A stretch of DNA of 64,000 bases from Candidatus Altimarinota bacterium. GTDB lineage: Bacteria > Patescibacteriota > Gracilibacteria > UBA1369. Shown here one piece after another: positions 18,296 through 27,973 of the stretch. The DNA is taken from assembly GCA_963677745.1 (NCBI GenBank), contig OY782391.1, positions 832,001 through 896,000 on the forward strand. Reading direction: 5' to 3'. Within the stretch, counting starts at the first letter, position 1. Each line of letters begins with the position of its first letter. A program made the translations under genes and the position numbers. The notes below the pieces were generated by a model that did no database searches, was not told where the DNA came from, and saw only the letters and a program-made list of their open reading frames with translations.

Positions 18296-20698
18296 CTACT
18301 GGCGGCGCCTTCGCACCATCACCAGCCCGGTCAGGAGGCCCAGCATCATGTAGAAGCCGCTGGAACCACCCTTGTGGCCGGTGCTGCAGGTGCTGCAACC
18401 GCCGTCGTCTCCACCGCCGTCGCCGGGGGGAGGGGTAACGGTGCTGCCAGCCGAACCGCCGACAGGACCGCCGGCGTCGCCACCAGCCGAACCACCGGTG
18501 TTCCCACCGCCGGTTCCGCCAGCTGCTCCGCCGCCCGCACCGGCATTGCCCGTGCCTCCGGTGCCACCAGTGCTTCCACCCGTGCCACCGGCGCCCGAAC
18601 CTCCGGTGCCGCCGCTGCCGCCTGCGCCGCCCGTTCCACCACCGCCCAATTCGTAAGGCGGGGTGGTGACTTCACCTGTCAGAACGTTCGCTTCCATGCC
18701 CCAGCCGGCAGGCAACTTGCCCTGCGCGAAGCTGGGAACGGTGAAGTTCAGGGGAGAACCGCCGAAGGACAGACCAATCTGCCCATCGGTGCAGGTGAAG
18801 AGGACTACCGGCCAAGCTTGTTCCTCGGCCGTGTAATCAGTCCCTTCGACTGCCAGATCAACACCGCCCGACCAGGCCAGCTCCCACTTGTTCCCATTGT
18901 CGACCACACTGCTGTGGCTGACGCCCTGAGGAACGGTGACGATCGTGGGCTGGCCCGAGGCCATCACGCCCACCAACAGCACCTTGCCGGCCGCCGCCGC
19001 CCATTGCAGGTTCACTGCTTGGACGGCGCCGATCGGCCAGTATTCGCCGGAGCAGATCGCCCCGGAGAACACCACGGACTGACTGGCTCCCGAGCCCCCG
19101 ATGCTGCACTGTCCGGTGAGGTTTTTGAGGCCCCAGGGGAAGGTGCAGTTGGAGGTGTTGAGCGTGCAGTTGCCGTTGCAGGTGACCGCGCCGGTCCAGC
19201 CGTTGCCATTCACACTGACGCAGGTTGCGCCGCCCAGCTGGGCGCCGTCGCATTCCTCGCCCACATCGATGTTGCCGTCATTGCAGGTGGGGGGTGCGAT
19301 GCAGGCTGAGGTTACGAACTGGCAGGAACCGTTGCAGGAGACATTCCCGGACCAGCCCGCCCCCAGCACAGTGGCACAAGTGCCACCGTTCAGGTTGAGG
19401 CCGTCGCATTGCTCGCTCGGATCGATGTCTCCGTTGCCGCAGCAGGCCCCGCAATCGCCGGGGCAGGTGCTGCAGGTCTCGCTGCCGTTGCAGGTGGTGT
19501 CCCCGCAGGTCGGCGGCGCGACGCAGTTGGCCGTGCCGATCACGCAGCTGGTGCAAGTCAGGCTACCCGTGTAGCCCGCACCCATCACGGAAGCGCACGT
19601 CGCGCCGCCATAATCGCTGCCATCGCACTCTTCGCTTCCCTCCTTGATGCCGTTGTTGCAGACCGGCGCGCCGCCCGTGCAGAGGCTGGTGTTCCAGGTG
19701 CAGCTTCCGCTGCACGACAGGTCGCCACCAGTGAATCCTCCCGGGACGGTCAGACAGGTCTGCCCGTTCAGTTGCACGTCGCACACTTCGCCGCCCGACA
19801 CGAACGTGTCGCCGCAGTTGGCATCTTTGCGGGAGATCACGAAGTCGCCGTTGGACCGCGAGGCGTAGAAGGTTCCCGTGAGGGCTCCCACCGCTGCGTA
19901 GTTGTCGGCGCCCGCGGAATCCAGTGCATTGTCCCAGCCCATCGCGCCGCTGATCAGGGCGCGTGAGTCGGTGCAGGCGCTGCCGTTCCAGGTGAACCGG
20001 TAGTACCCGACGATGCCGGCATTGTCGTAGGTGACGTAGAGGTGCTGTTCGCTGCCGCTGCCCGCCACAGATCCGTTCATGCCGGATGCCCAACTGATGT
20101 TGGAGCAGTTGGTGGGCTTGGTCGCGGTGCTGCCGGCGATGTCCAACGCATAGATCTGGGACTTGCTGTCCCCGAGTTGGAAGCCAGCCACCAGCACCTT
20201 CGTTCCATCCTTGTTAAGCCCAATTCCATTCTTGCTGTAGTTGGTCATGCCGGTGACGATCCACTCTGCGCAGCCCGTGAAATCCGAGGGGCTGTTCTTG
20301 CCAGTGCACCGGTAGATCTTGGACGCCATCGAGGTCGCCAAGATGTAGAAGCCCTTGTAGCCTCCACAACTCAGGTCATCGGGGCATGGCACGAACGCGT
20401 AGTTGAGGGTGCCGGCTTCATAGCCGACGATTCCCGTCAGTGTTGTCCAGACGGGGTTGGTGTTGAAGTTGTCGTTGGTGGTCAGAACGCCGAGCATTCT
20501 GGCCGCCTGTGAATTGTCCCTGCTGCTGCTGCCGTACACGTATACGGTCGAGCTGCCAGGAACTTCGACAACGGAGGAGACAAAGAAGTCCCCGCCGCTG
20601 GTGATGGTTTGCACGGGAGCCGCCTTAGCGGCGCTCACCGTGAACAGTCCGACCAGAAGAACGCAGACGCTTGCCCAGAGGGCCTTGGAAGTCTTCAT
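18296..20698 (-). CDS. Secreted Cys-rich repeat surface protein with MYXO-CTERM-like sorting signal
   Basis: Signal peptide (..SAAKA); repeats CGNGDIDPSEQCDG, CNNGIKEGSEECDG, CNDGNIDVGEECDG; Gly-rich linker; DDGGCSTCS..TM..RRRRQ; GC well above flanks. Confidence 0.88.
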   Translation of the reverse strand: MKTSKALWASVCVLLVGLFTVSAAKAAPVQTITSGGDFFVSSVVEVPGSSTVYVYGSSSRDNSQAARMLGVLTTNDNFNTNPVWTTLTGIVGYEAGTLNYAFVPCPDDLSCGGYKGFYILATSMASKIYRCTGKNSPSDFTGCAEWIVTGMTNYSKNGIGLNKDGTKVLVAGFQLGDSKSQIYALDIAGSTATKPTNCSNISWASGMNGSVAGSGSEQHLYVTYDNAGIVGYYRFTWNGSACTDSRALISGAMGWDNALDSAGADNYAAVGALTGTFYASRSNGDFVISRKDANCGDTFVSGGEVCDVQLNGQTCLTVPGGFTGGDLSCSGSCTWNTSLCTGGAPVCNNGIKEGSEECDGSDYGGATCASVMGAGYTGSLTCTSCVIGTANCVAPPTCGDTTCNGSETCSTCPGDCGACCGNGDIDPSEQCDGLNLNGGTCATVLGAGWSGNVSCNGSCQFVTSACIAPPTCNDGNIDVGEECDGAQLGGATCVSVNGNGWTGAVTCNGNCTLNTSNCTFPWGLKNLTGQCSIGGSGASQSVVFSGAICSGEYWPIGAVQAVNLQWAAAAGKVLLVGVMASGQPTIVTVPQGVSHSSVVDNGNKWELAWSGGVDLAVEGTDYTAEEQAWPVVLFTCTDGQIGLSFGGSPLNFTVPSFAQGKLPAGWGMEANVLTGEVTTPPYELGGGGTGGAGGSGGTGGSGAGGTGGSTGGTGGTGNAGAGGGAAGGTGGGNTGGSAGGDAGGPVGGSAGSTVTPPPGDGGGDDGGCSTCSTGHKGGSSGFYMMLGLLTGLVMVRRRRQ

Positions 20699-20740
20699 AA
20701 TTTACCCGCTTTCTTTCTTTTCCCTAGATGTTTTTGTCCG

Positions 20741-20835
20741 GCCCTCTGTGCCGCGACTCCCGAGTTTAGCCAAAAACGGTACCGGAATCCAGTTCCGGCC
20801 TTGGCTAATCAGAGGAATACGCAGGTTCAAAGAGC
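20741..20835 (-). ncRNA. Rod-like structured 5' leader RNA of the MYXO-CTERM gene (candidate)
   Basis: Five nested helices: GCTCTTTG/CAGAGGGC, CTGCG/CGCGG, ATTCCT/GGGAGT, TTAGCCAA/TTGGCTAA, CCGGAA/TTCCGG; G-U pairs form only on the minus strand. Confidence 0.5.
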
Positions 20836-20843
20836 ATGCCCAA

Positions 20844-20872
20844 TTGATACCATAAAACGGGGGACTTGTCAA
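20844..20872 (-). promoter_or_regulatory. sigma70-type promoter of the MYXO-CTERM gene
   Basis: TTGACA, 17 bp, TATCAA with extended TG, on the minus strand. Confidence 0.6.
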
Positions 20873-20882
20873 ATCCGCCTAT

Positions 20883-22217
20883 TCATTGTTGAATCACATA
20901 CTCCAACGAGGAGTTGTCATTGGGAGCTTTGACCTGCACGGTTTGGCTAAACACTCCGGCCTGGCCTTCGGCGGTAATGATATTGTCCTTGCTGACAGGA
21001 AACACGGAAGGTGTGCCGTTCAGGACCACCTGATATTCCAGATAGGGAATCAAATGGGGGACATAGGACTGATTTACGGAAGGATCGTCATTTGCCTGTA
21101 CGCAATAATCCTCTACCTTACAGCCGGTCAACGAATTAACCACGGACAGCGTCAATACCGGTTTTAGATAGTCGGCATTGTTGATGAAAGTCTCAATAGT
21201 TTTTTGTTCCTTGGTCTCCAGGTTAATCCCCTCTGGCAGCGGCGGGGGATAGCCGTTGGTAAAAGAGTTCAGTACATCAAAAGTTTTCAGATAATCCGGT
21301 CCGCGGTAATTGATTTTCCCCTCATACAATTGGGAATCATTATACTGATATATGCCGGAATCTGCATTTTCCAGCGGCTTCATGGAAACCGTTGAAAGAT
21401 CGGCCTTCTGGGCATTGATCTGCCACAGTACCACCACTTCCCCGCGTTTTGAATCATCAGAGTCCCCCAGACATTTCCTCTCATTTTGAAATCCCTTATC
21501 CCAGCAGTTCAAATCCATCCGTTGTTCCGGCAGGCAGAATTCCGCATTGCCCTTGCAGGGCGTGCGCAGTCTGACGCTAAAATCGCTGAATTTCATCACA
21601 TTGCTGTTGCCACTGTCCACGCCATACAGCGGAATAGTCACTTTCTCGCCCACCGACAATTTGCCCCAGTTGCAGGGATGCTCGATCGCCAGGGGGGGAG
21701 GATCCATTTGTTCAAAATTAAAAAACCTGGTGGGAGAGTCCGGTCCCGGCACCGGGGGTTTGTCAGGATTGCATCCGCCAACTTCCGGCGAAGCACCGTC
21801 CCCGTTCCAGGGCACATTGCCGGTCCAGGGAAATGGAATTATATATTTTTCGTTCACTGTCTTGTCGCTCAGAGTGGCTGTAGTTCCCTGTATCTTGAAA
21901 TTCACGGAGGAGGTTGTCCCGCCCAGGGCGGTTAGAGATCCGGTTTCATTGGCGCCCATCGAGGTGCCGCTGCTGGCCAGTTTTTGGTTAATCCAGAGGG
22001 CTTCCTCCAGACCGGCCTCCGCTGCATAATAGGCCGAAGTTCCCTGCCTGACATTGGAAGCCTGGCGGGAAGAGTCCGTTGCCATAATCGTTACCCCGAC
22101 CGAGAAAAGCACCAGCACGCAGATTATTAAAATGGACAGCAATACCGATAAGCCCTCCGATAACTTAAACAAATTTGTCAGAAACTTTGTTTGGGGCTTT
22201 TTACTGCTATTTTTCAT
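20883..22217 (-). CDS. PilX-like N-terminal domain protein (minor pilin-associated)
   Basis: EG then hydrophobic helix, then AYYAAEAGLEEAL; likely start at MKNSSKK (22217). Confidence 0.7.
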   Translation of the reverse strand: MKNSSKKPQTKFLTNLFKLSEGLSVLLSILIICVLVLFSVGVTIMATDSSRQASNVRQGTSAYYAAEAGLEEALWINQKLASSGTSMGANETGSLTALGGTTSSVNFKIQGTTATLSDKTVNEKYIIPFPWTGNVPWNGDGASPEVGGCNPDKPPVPGPDSPTRFFNFEQMDPPPLAIEHPCNWGKLSVGEKVTIPLYGVDSGNSNVMKFSDFSVRLRTPCKGNAEFCLPEQRMDLNCWDKGFQNERKCLGDSDDSKRGEVVVLWQINAQKADLSTVSMKPLENADSGIYQYNDSQLYEGKINYRGPDYLKTFDVLNSFTNGYPPPLPEGINLETKEQKTIETFINNADYLKPVLTLSVVNSLTGCKVEDYCVQANDDPSVNQSYVPHLIPYLEYQVVLNGTPSVFPVSKDNIITAEGQAGVFSQTVQVKAPNDNSSLEYVIQQ

Positions 22218-22367
22218 GTTTGTTTTGATTACCTGCCAACAGTTTAACATATTTCTGTCCGGGCACAAATTACCACTTCTCGACACCCTCATTTGAATCT
22301 GCTATAAATTTCTCCGTAATTGCGCCGCCCCCGCGGCTGCCCGAATACCCCCTAAGCAAAAGCAAAA

Positions 22368-23843
22368 ATGGCCAGCAAGAAAAAAATCACCCCCCGCTCC
22401 GAAGACTATTCTCAGTGGTATCTGGATCTGATTGAAGTGGCCGACCTGGCCGAAAATTCACCGGTCAAAGGCTGCATGGTGATCAAGCCCTATGGCATGG
22501 CCATCTGGGAAAATTTCCGCGATATTCTTGATAAAATGATCAAGGACACCGGTCATCAGAACGTCTATTTTCCATTATTGATCCCCAAATCTTTCCTGTC
22601 CAAAGAAGCCAGCCATGTGGAGGGATTCGCCAAGGAATGTGCTGTCGTAACTCACTATCGTTTGAAGGCTGAGGGAGGAAAAGTGGTAGTGGACCCGGAA
22701 GCCAAACTGTCCGAAGAACTGATCATCCGCCCCACTTCCGAGACCATTATTCACGATGCTTTTGCCCGCTGGATTTCCTCCTGGCGCGATCTGCCGGTGC
22801 TGATCAATCAATGGGCCAATATTGTCCGCTGGGAAATGCGCACCCGTCCCTTTCTGCGCACCACCGAATTTTTATGGCAGGAAGGCCACACCGCCCATGC
22901 CACCTATGAGGATGCCGAAGCAGAAGTAAAAAAGATGCTGGAAGTTTACCGTGTATTATCTGAGGACTATCTGGCCATACCGCTGACACTTGGACGAAAA
23001 TCGGAGTCGGAAAGATTCGCCGGTGCTCTGCATACCTATAGCATTGAAGCCATGATGCAGGACGGGAAAGCCCTGCAGGCCGGAACTTCCCATAATCTTG
23101 GCCAGAATTTTTCCAAGGCCTTCGAAGTCCAATATGCTGACAAAGAAGGCAAACTGCAGTATGTCTGGATGACCAGCTGGGGAATAACCACCCGTATGAT
23201 TGGCGGACTGATCATGTGCCATTCCGACGATAAAGGGTTGGTGCTTCCACCCAAAATCGCCCCCGTCAAAGTGGTTATTTTACCGATCTGGAAGGACGAA
23301 TCCAAGCGCGAGGAGATGCTGGCTCAGGCCCGCCAGCTGGCTGCGGGATTGTCCCATCTGGGCAACATCAAAGTCGACGAGCGCGATCATCTGACAGTCG
23401 GTGAAAAGTTTTATGAATGGGAGAAAAAGGGCGTGCCGGTACGCGTGGAAATCGGTGAACGTGAACTGGCCAAAAACGAGGTGGTTGTGGTGCGCAGGGA
23501 TAATGGTGAAAAGGTCAATCTTGCTCCCGCCAACCTGACCGCTTCAATTGAAGAAATGCTGGCTGACATTCAAAAATCCCTCTTTGAAAAAGCACTGGCT
23601 TTCCGCAAGGCCAACACCCATCAGATTGATGATTATGCCGAATTTAAAAAGCAAATGGAAGCTGCGGTACCCGGTTTTGTCTATTCACACTGGTGCGGCT
23701 CAGCCGACTGTGAAGCCCAAATCAAGGAGGAAACCAAGGCAACCACCCGCTGCATTCCCTTCGATCTTAAATCTCAGCCGGGTAAATGTATCAAATGCGG
23801 TAAGGACACCGATCAGACTATTATCTTTGCCAAGGCCTATTAA
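22368..23843 (+). CDS. proS: Proline--tRNA ligase, archaeal/eukaryote-like type
   Basis: IRPTSET, RWEMRTRPFLRTTEFLWQEGHT, QAGTSH, C-terminal Zn-binding Cys, FAKAY. Confidence 0.98.
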   Translation: MASKKKITPRSEDYSQWYLDLIEVADLAENSPVKGCMVIKPYGMAIWENFRDILDKMIKDTGHQNVYFPLLIPKSFLSKEASHVEGFAKECAVVTHYRLKAEGGKVVVDPEAKLSEELIIRPTSETIIHDAFARWISSWRDLPVLINQWANIVRWEMRTRPFLRTTEFLWQEGHTAHATYEDAEAEVKKMLEVYRVLSEDYLAIPLTLGRKSESERFAGALHTYSIEAMMQDGKALQAGTSHNLGQNFSKAFEVQYADKEGKLQYVWMTSWGITTRMIGGLIMCHSDDKGLVLPPKIAPVKVVILPIWKDESKREEMLAQARQLAAGLSHLGNIKVDERDHLTVGEKFYEWEKKGVPVRVEIGERELAKNEVVVVRRDNGEKVNLAPANLTASIEEMLADIQKSLFEKALAFRKANTHQIDDYAEFKKQMEAAVPGFVYSHWCGSADCEAQIKEETKATTRCIPFDLKSQPGKCIKCGKDTDQTIIFAKAY

Positions 23844-23909
23844 TTTACAGAAATTTTAAGTTCTGTTCATTTCGGACGGTTATGATTCTGCTGAATTTTA
23901 GCAATAATC

Positions 23910-25433
23910 ATGCCGGTCAAAGTGTTTTCCTGCCTGGTGCAGGGAATGGAAGGAAAATTGGTGGAAGTGGAAGCGGATATTCAACGTGGGATGTCCGCCT
24001 TTGTGATTGTGGGATTGGGGGATCAGTCCGTGCAGGAAGCCAAAGAACGTATTCGTTCAGCCATACGCAGCAGTTCGGTGGAATATCCCGTGCAGAAAAA
24101 AATCATCAATTTGGCGCCGGCCAGCCTCAAAAAACAGGGACCGTCTTTTGATCTGCCCATGGCAATCGGGCTATTGGCGGCCTCGGGGCAGCTGGCCGGC
24201 GCCGCTCTTGCCGAAACACTTTTTGTCGGAGAACTGGCCCTGAACGGTGAACTTCGTCCGATTCCCAATGCTCTTTCCATTGCGATATTTGCAAAATCCC
24301 ATCAATGGAAAAGACTGGTCATTCCGTCAGACAATCTTCAGGAAGCATCTCTGGTGGCAGATCTGGAAATAATTGGGGCAAAGCATTTGCAGGAATTGTT
24401 GGCCCATTTAAACGGGACACACCCAATTATTGGAAATTCCGCTCTGGAAGGGGACCCGCCCGCCGCCGTAGGGCCGGAACGTGCTGTCGGTTATCTGGCC
24501 ATCCAGGGGCAGGAAGAGGCCAAAAGAGCGCTCAAGATTGCGGCGGGCGGAGGACATCATTTACTGTTGTATGGTCCGCCGGGAGTGGGGAAGACCATGT
24601 TGGCAAAATCATTGCCGGAGCTTCTGCCGGAATTGACCAACGAGGAACTTTTCCAGACCATCAGAATCTATTCGGCGGCCCGTTTGCCCACGGCCAAATT
24701 ATTCTCGCGCGCCCGGCCTTTCCGGCAGGTCCACCAATCCAGCAGTTTGATCAGCATCACCGGCGGAGGCAACCCTATTGAACCCGGGGAAATTTCTCTG
24801 GCTAATCACGGCGTACTGTTTTTGGATGAATTTCCGGAGTTTCCGCGCACTGTCATCGAGTCTTTGAGACAACCGCTGGAAGAACGGGAAATATATATAT
24901 CCCGGCAGGGACAACAGGTGTCCTTCCCGGCCAATTTCACTTTGGTGGCGGCCATGAATCCCTGCCCCTGCGGCCAGAAAGGCAACCCGGAAAAAGCATG
25001 TAGCTGCACCCCGGCCCAGATCCGCCAGTATCGTCAAAAACTTTCCGGACCGATTCTGGACCGGATTGACCTGACGGTTTGTCTTCCCCGGAAAACGGTC
25101 AAACTGGAAGGGGATTTCAGATCGGAAGATCTGGAACAAATCAGGACACAAATAAAAATCGCCCGGGAAAGACAGGCAAGGCGTTTTGCCGGTACGGCCT
25201 TTTGCACCAATTCCGAACTGGGCTCGGGTCATTTAAAAAAGTATCTAAAACTTGACCGGCGGGCGGAGGAATACCTTGAGATAATTTCCGAACGCACCGG
25301 TCTCTCCGCCCGCGGCTATATGCAATTGCTGCGGACAGCTCTGACCATCGCCGACCTAAAAAACCAGGACGGCGTTTCCAATCTGGAATTGGCGGAAGCT
25401 TTCCAATATAAAAGTTCCCAGCTTTTCGATTAA
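23910..25433 (+). CDS. comM: ComM/YifB Mg-chelatase-like AAA+ ATPase
   Basis: INLAPA, GELALNG, GPPGVGKT, PGEISLA, LFLDEFPEF, MNPCPCG, SGPILDRID. Confidence 0.95.
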   Translation: MPVKVFSCLVQGMEGKLVEVEADIQRGMSAFVIVGLGDQSVQEAKERIRSAIRSSSVEYPVQKKIINLAPASLKKQGPSFDLPMAIGLLAASGQLAGAALAETLFVGELALNGELRPIPNALSIAIFAKSHQWKRLVIPSDNLQEASLVADLEIIGAKHLQELLAHLNGTHPIIGNSALEGDPPAAVGPERAVGYLAIQGQEEAKRALKIAAGGGHHLLLYGPPGVGKTMLAKSLPELLPELTNEELFQTIRIYSAARLPTAKLFSRARPFRQVHQSSSLISITGGGNPIEPGEISLANHGVLFLDEFPEFPRTVIESLRQPLEEREIYISRQGQQVSFPANFTLVAAMNPCPCGQKGNPEKACSCTPAQIRQYRQKLSGPILDRIDLTVCLPRKTVKLEGDFRSEDLEQIRTQIKIARERQARRFAGTAFCTNSELGSGHLKKYLKLDRRAEEYLEIISERTGLSARGYMQLLRTALTIADLKNQDGVSNLELAEAFQYKSSQLFD

Positions 25434-25544
25434 TCAAAAAGCTTATAGACAAGGCAAAATCGCCCGCACTTTTCAAATCGCCGGTTTTTCTCTATAATCG
25501 CTGCCGCGAAGTAAGACAGCCAAACACTATCTAATCCAACGCCG

Positions 25545-26798
25545 ATGTTTATTATTCAGGGACAACAGAAACTTCAGGGCACCGTTCAGGTCAGCGGATC
25601 CAAAAATGCCGTACTACCCATCATCTGTGCCGCCTTGCTCACCAAGGAAAAAGTGACTATTCACAATGTGCCCCGGATCAGTGATGTGACAGCCATGCTT
25701 CAGCTGATAGGATCTTTTGGTGCCAAGACCACTTTTGAAGACCACACCATCACCATTGAGGCCAATGAGCTGACTGCTGCCAACGTCGATGAATCCCTGG
25801 TCAACAAGATGAGGGCCTCGGTACTGCTGTTCGGACCTGTTCTGGCGCGCCTCGGCGAACTGGATCTCAGTTTCCCCGGCGGCTGCGTTCTTGGCAAACG
25901 GTCCATCTACTCTCACACTTACGCTCTGCAGCGCCTCGGCGCCGAAATAGTCCGCTCCGACACCAGAATTCACCTGCGCGCCGCCAACCTCCGGGCTACC
26001 AAAATCATCATGCCGGAGATGTCTGTCACGGCCACGGAAAACGCTATCATGATGGCCGTGCTGGCGCCCGGCCACACCGAACTTAAACTGGTGGCCGCCG
26101 AGCCCCACGTGCAGGACCTCTGTCATTTCCTCAATTTTCTGGGCGCCAAGATCAGCGGTATCGGCACGCATTATTTGTCTATTGAAGGCGTCAGCAAACT
26201 GCACGGAGCGGAGTATTCCGTCACCGGCGATTATCTGGAAGCCGGGACTTTTGTGATTGCCTCTCTGATTACCGGTGGTGAGGTCAGGATAGAGGGAATT
26301 CCCACCTGGCAGCTGGACAGTTTTTGGCAGAAACTGGATGAAATGGGAGCCAATTATCAGCTGGAGGACAACGCTGTGATTGTCCACCCGACGCCTTTTT
26401 TGTCTGCACCGACTACTGTCCGAACGGCAGTCTGGCCCTCTTTTGCCACCGATCTGCAGGCACCCTTCTCTATATTGCTGACTCAGGCCGAAGGCGAATC
26501 CAAGGTTTTTGAAACCCTTTTCGAGGGCCGCCTTAATTATCTTACCGAACTGGAGAAAATGGGGGCCAAAATCGAAATGCAGAATCCCCACCAGGCCAAA
26601 ATCTTCGGAAAGTGCCGGCTGAAAGGCGTGCCGATTGCCTCCATCGATATCCGTGCCGGAGCCGCCATGGTACTGGCGGGATTGATTGCCGAAGGCACCA
26701 CCCAGATTTCCAACATCAACTACATCGAACGCGGCTACGAAAATCTGGACGGCAAATTGCGTGATCTGGGAGCCAAAATCAGCCGCGTCGATATGTAA
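25545..26798 (+). CDS. murA: UDP-N-acetylglucosamine 1-carboxyvinyltransferase
   Basis: GSKNAVLP, MRAS, PGGCVLGKR, SVTATEN, FATDLQ, DIRAG, IERGY. Confidence 0.97.
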   Translation: MFIIQGQQKLQGTVQVSGSKNAVLPIICAALLTKEKVTIHNVPRISDVTAMLQLIGSFGAKTTFEDHTITIEANELTAANVDESLVNKMRASVLLFGPVLARLGELDLSFPGGCVLGKRSIYSHTYALQRLGAEIVRSDTRIHLRAANLRATKIIMPEMSVTATENAIMMAVLAPGHTELKLVAAEPHVQDLCHFLNFLGAKISGIGTHYLSIEGVSKLHGAEYSVTGDYLEAGTFVIASLITGGEVRIEGIPTWQLDSFWQKLDEMGANYQLEDNAVIVHPTPFLSAPTTVRTAVWPSFATDLQAPFSILLTQAEGESKVFETLFEGRLNYLTELEKMGAKIEMQNPHQAKIFGKCRLKGVPIASIDIRAGAAMVLAGLIAEGTTQISNINYIERGYENLDGKLRDLGAKISRVDM

Positions 26799-26850
26799 TC
26801 GCGGTTGCCTTCTCCGCCGAAACCACCATTCTGCCGATTTTGTTCTAAAC

Positions 26851-26879
26851 TTGACAGAAGGTCTTTACTCACGTAAAAC
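26851..26879 (+). promoter_or_regulatory. sigma70-type promoter of the leader-peptide operon
   Basis: TTGACA (26851-26856), 17 bp, TAAAAC. Confidence 0.6.
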
Positions 26880-26891
26880 ATAGTTACAACT

Positions 26892-26978
26892 ATGAACAAT
26901 ACTCTCATTACAGCCAGAAACTATTACCGATACTGCAAATTTGCGGGGACTTCGGCTGTGTACCATTATTGCCAGTAA
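26892..26978 (+). CDS. Putative 28-aa leader peptide MNNTLITARNYYRYCKFAGTSAVYHYCQ
   Basis: ATG 26892 to TAA 26978, between a promoter and a terminator; 5 Tyr and 2 Cys. Confidence 0.55.
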   Translation: MNNTLITARNYYRYCKFAGTSAVYHYCQ

Positions 26979-27007
26979 TTTGAGCAAATAATCACAAGTG
27001 ACATTTC

Positions 27008-27035
27008 AAGCCGGCTTCCCCAAGTCGGCTTTTTT
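27008..27035 (+). terminator. Attenuator-type intrinsic terminator upstream of the ligase gene
   Basis: AAGCCGGCTT-CCCC-AAGTCGGCTT then a T run, ~24 nt before ATG 27059. Confidence 0.75.
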
Positions 27036-27058
27036 ATTATATTTTTACATCTACAACA

Positions 27059-27973
27059 ATGAATACTAATCACAATCATAACAGTCACAATCATCGAAAT
27101 AACAATCAGGGAATAGGAATAGAAATGGAGGGTTTTATTGTCAATGCCGAACGTCCTCAGGAAAGGATCGAGGGACTGCCCGCCTCTCAGTGGATTATCC
27201 GGGAATTCGGGAGAAAATTTCCCGATCTGGCTGACCGGGTATCCCCGGAACAAGCCTCGGTAATGCTCGAAATCAAGACCGGGGTCCATCAATCGGAGGA
27301 AGAGGCGGTTGCGGAATTGTTTAAAATCCGTGCTCTGATCAATCAGTGCCTGGGACCACAGGGCTGCCAAATGATATTTCAACCGGTGTCCAAACAACGC
27401 TTTGATTTTGTTCCGGCTGATCTCTCGGAAGGCTCCAGATCCAGGCAACTGGTTGAGGCCTGGTCCAGGACAGACCAGGGCAGCCGTCTGCTTTTCAAGA
27501 CTGCCACTGCTTCCTTTCAGATTAACGATTCCAGAATCCCGGATCCGCCAAAAAACGGCGATATCTTAGCCTTTGCGGCCAGGGTGCATAATCTCTTTAC
27601 CGCCAACCGTGACTTTCTGACCGGGCAGAATTCTGGTATCACCGACTGGGAGGGCAAGACCAGACTGGAACAGGCAATAGATTTGCTGTCCTCGGTCAAA
27701 GCCCGGCAATTCGAAAAGAGGGGGCTTCCGGCGATAGAATCACCCTTGCCCCGGCCCTTTGCCTCAACGGAGGATTTTGCCGCCTGGAGCTGTGCCCATT
27801 CCGACGTTGACGAAATTGGTCAGGCCGATCCCAAAAACGAGCATGCCGTGACGGTCAAGGTCAAAAGGACCGGACCGGTAATCGTGGAGACCAGGATCTT
27901 TGATGCAGTTGAAGATCCGCAGATAATCAGACATTTAATTCGCATCAACAGCCAGTTACTTGCTCAATTATGA
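27059..27973 (+). CDS. Glutamate--cysteine ligase family 2 (GCS2/YbdK-like) gamma-glutamyl ligase
   Basis: GIGIEMEG, PEQASVMLEIKT, ASFQIN, VETRIFD follow the GCS2 motif order; Asn/His-rich N-terminus. Confidence 0.65.
   Translation: MNTNHNHNSHNHRNNNQGIGIEMEGFIVNAERPQERIEGLPASQWIIREFGRKFPDLADRVSPEQASVMLEIKTGVHQSEEEAVAELFKIRALINQCLGPQGCQMIFQPVSKQRFDFVPADLSEGSRSRQLVEAWSRTDQGSRLLFKTATASFQINDSRIPDPPKNGDILAFAARVHNLFTANRDFLTGQNSGITDWEGKTRLEQAIDLLSSVKARQFEKRGLPAIESPLPRPFASTEDFAAWSCAHSDVDEIGQADPKNEHAVTVKVKRTGPVIVETRIFDAVEDPQIIRHLIRINSQLLAQL

Noticed and set aside
18169-20932. Many overlapping alternative ORFs (e.g. 18188-19309 +)
   Set aside because: Shadow frames of the GC-rich, Gly/Cys-repetitive minus-strand gene; no motifs of their own
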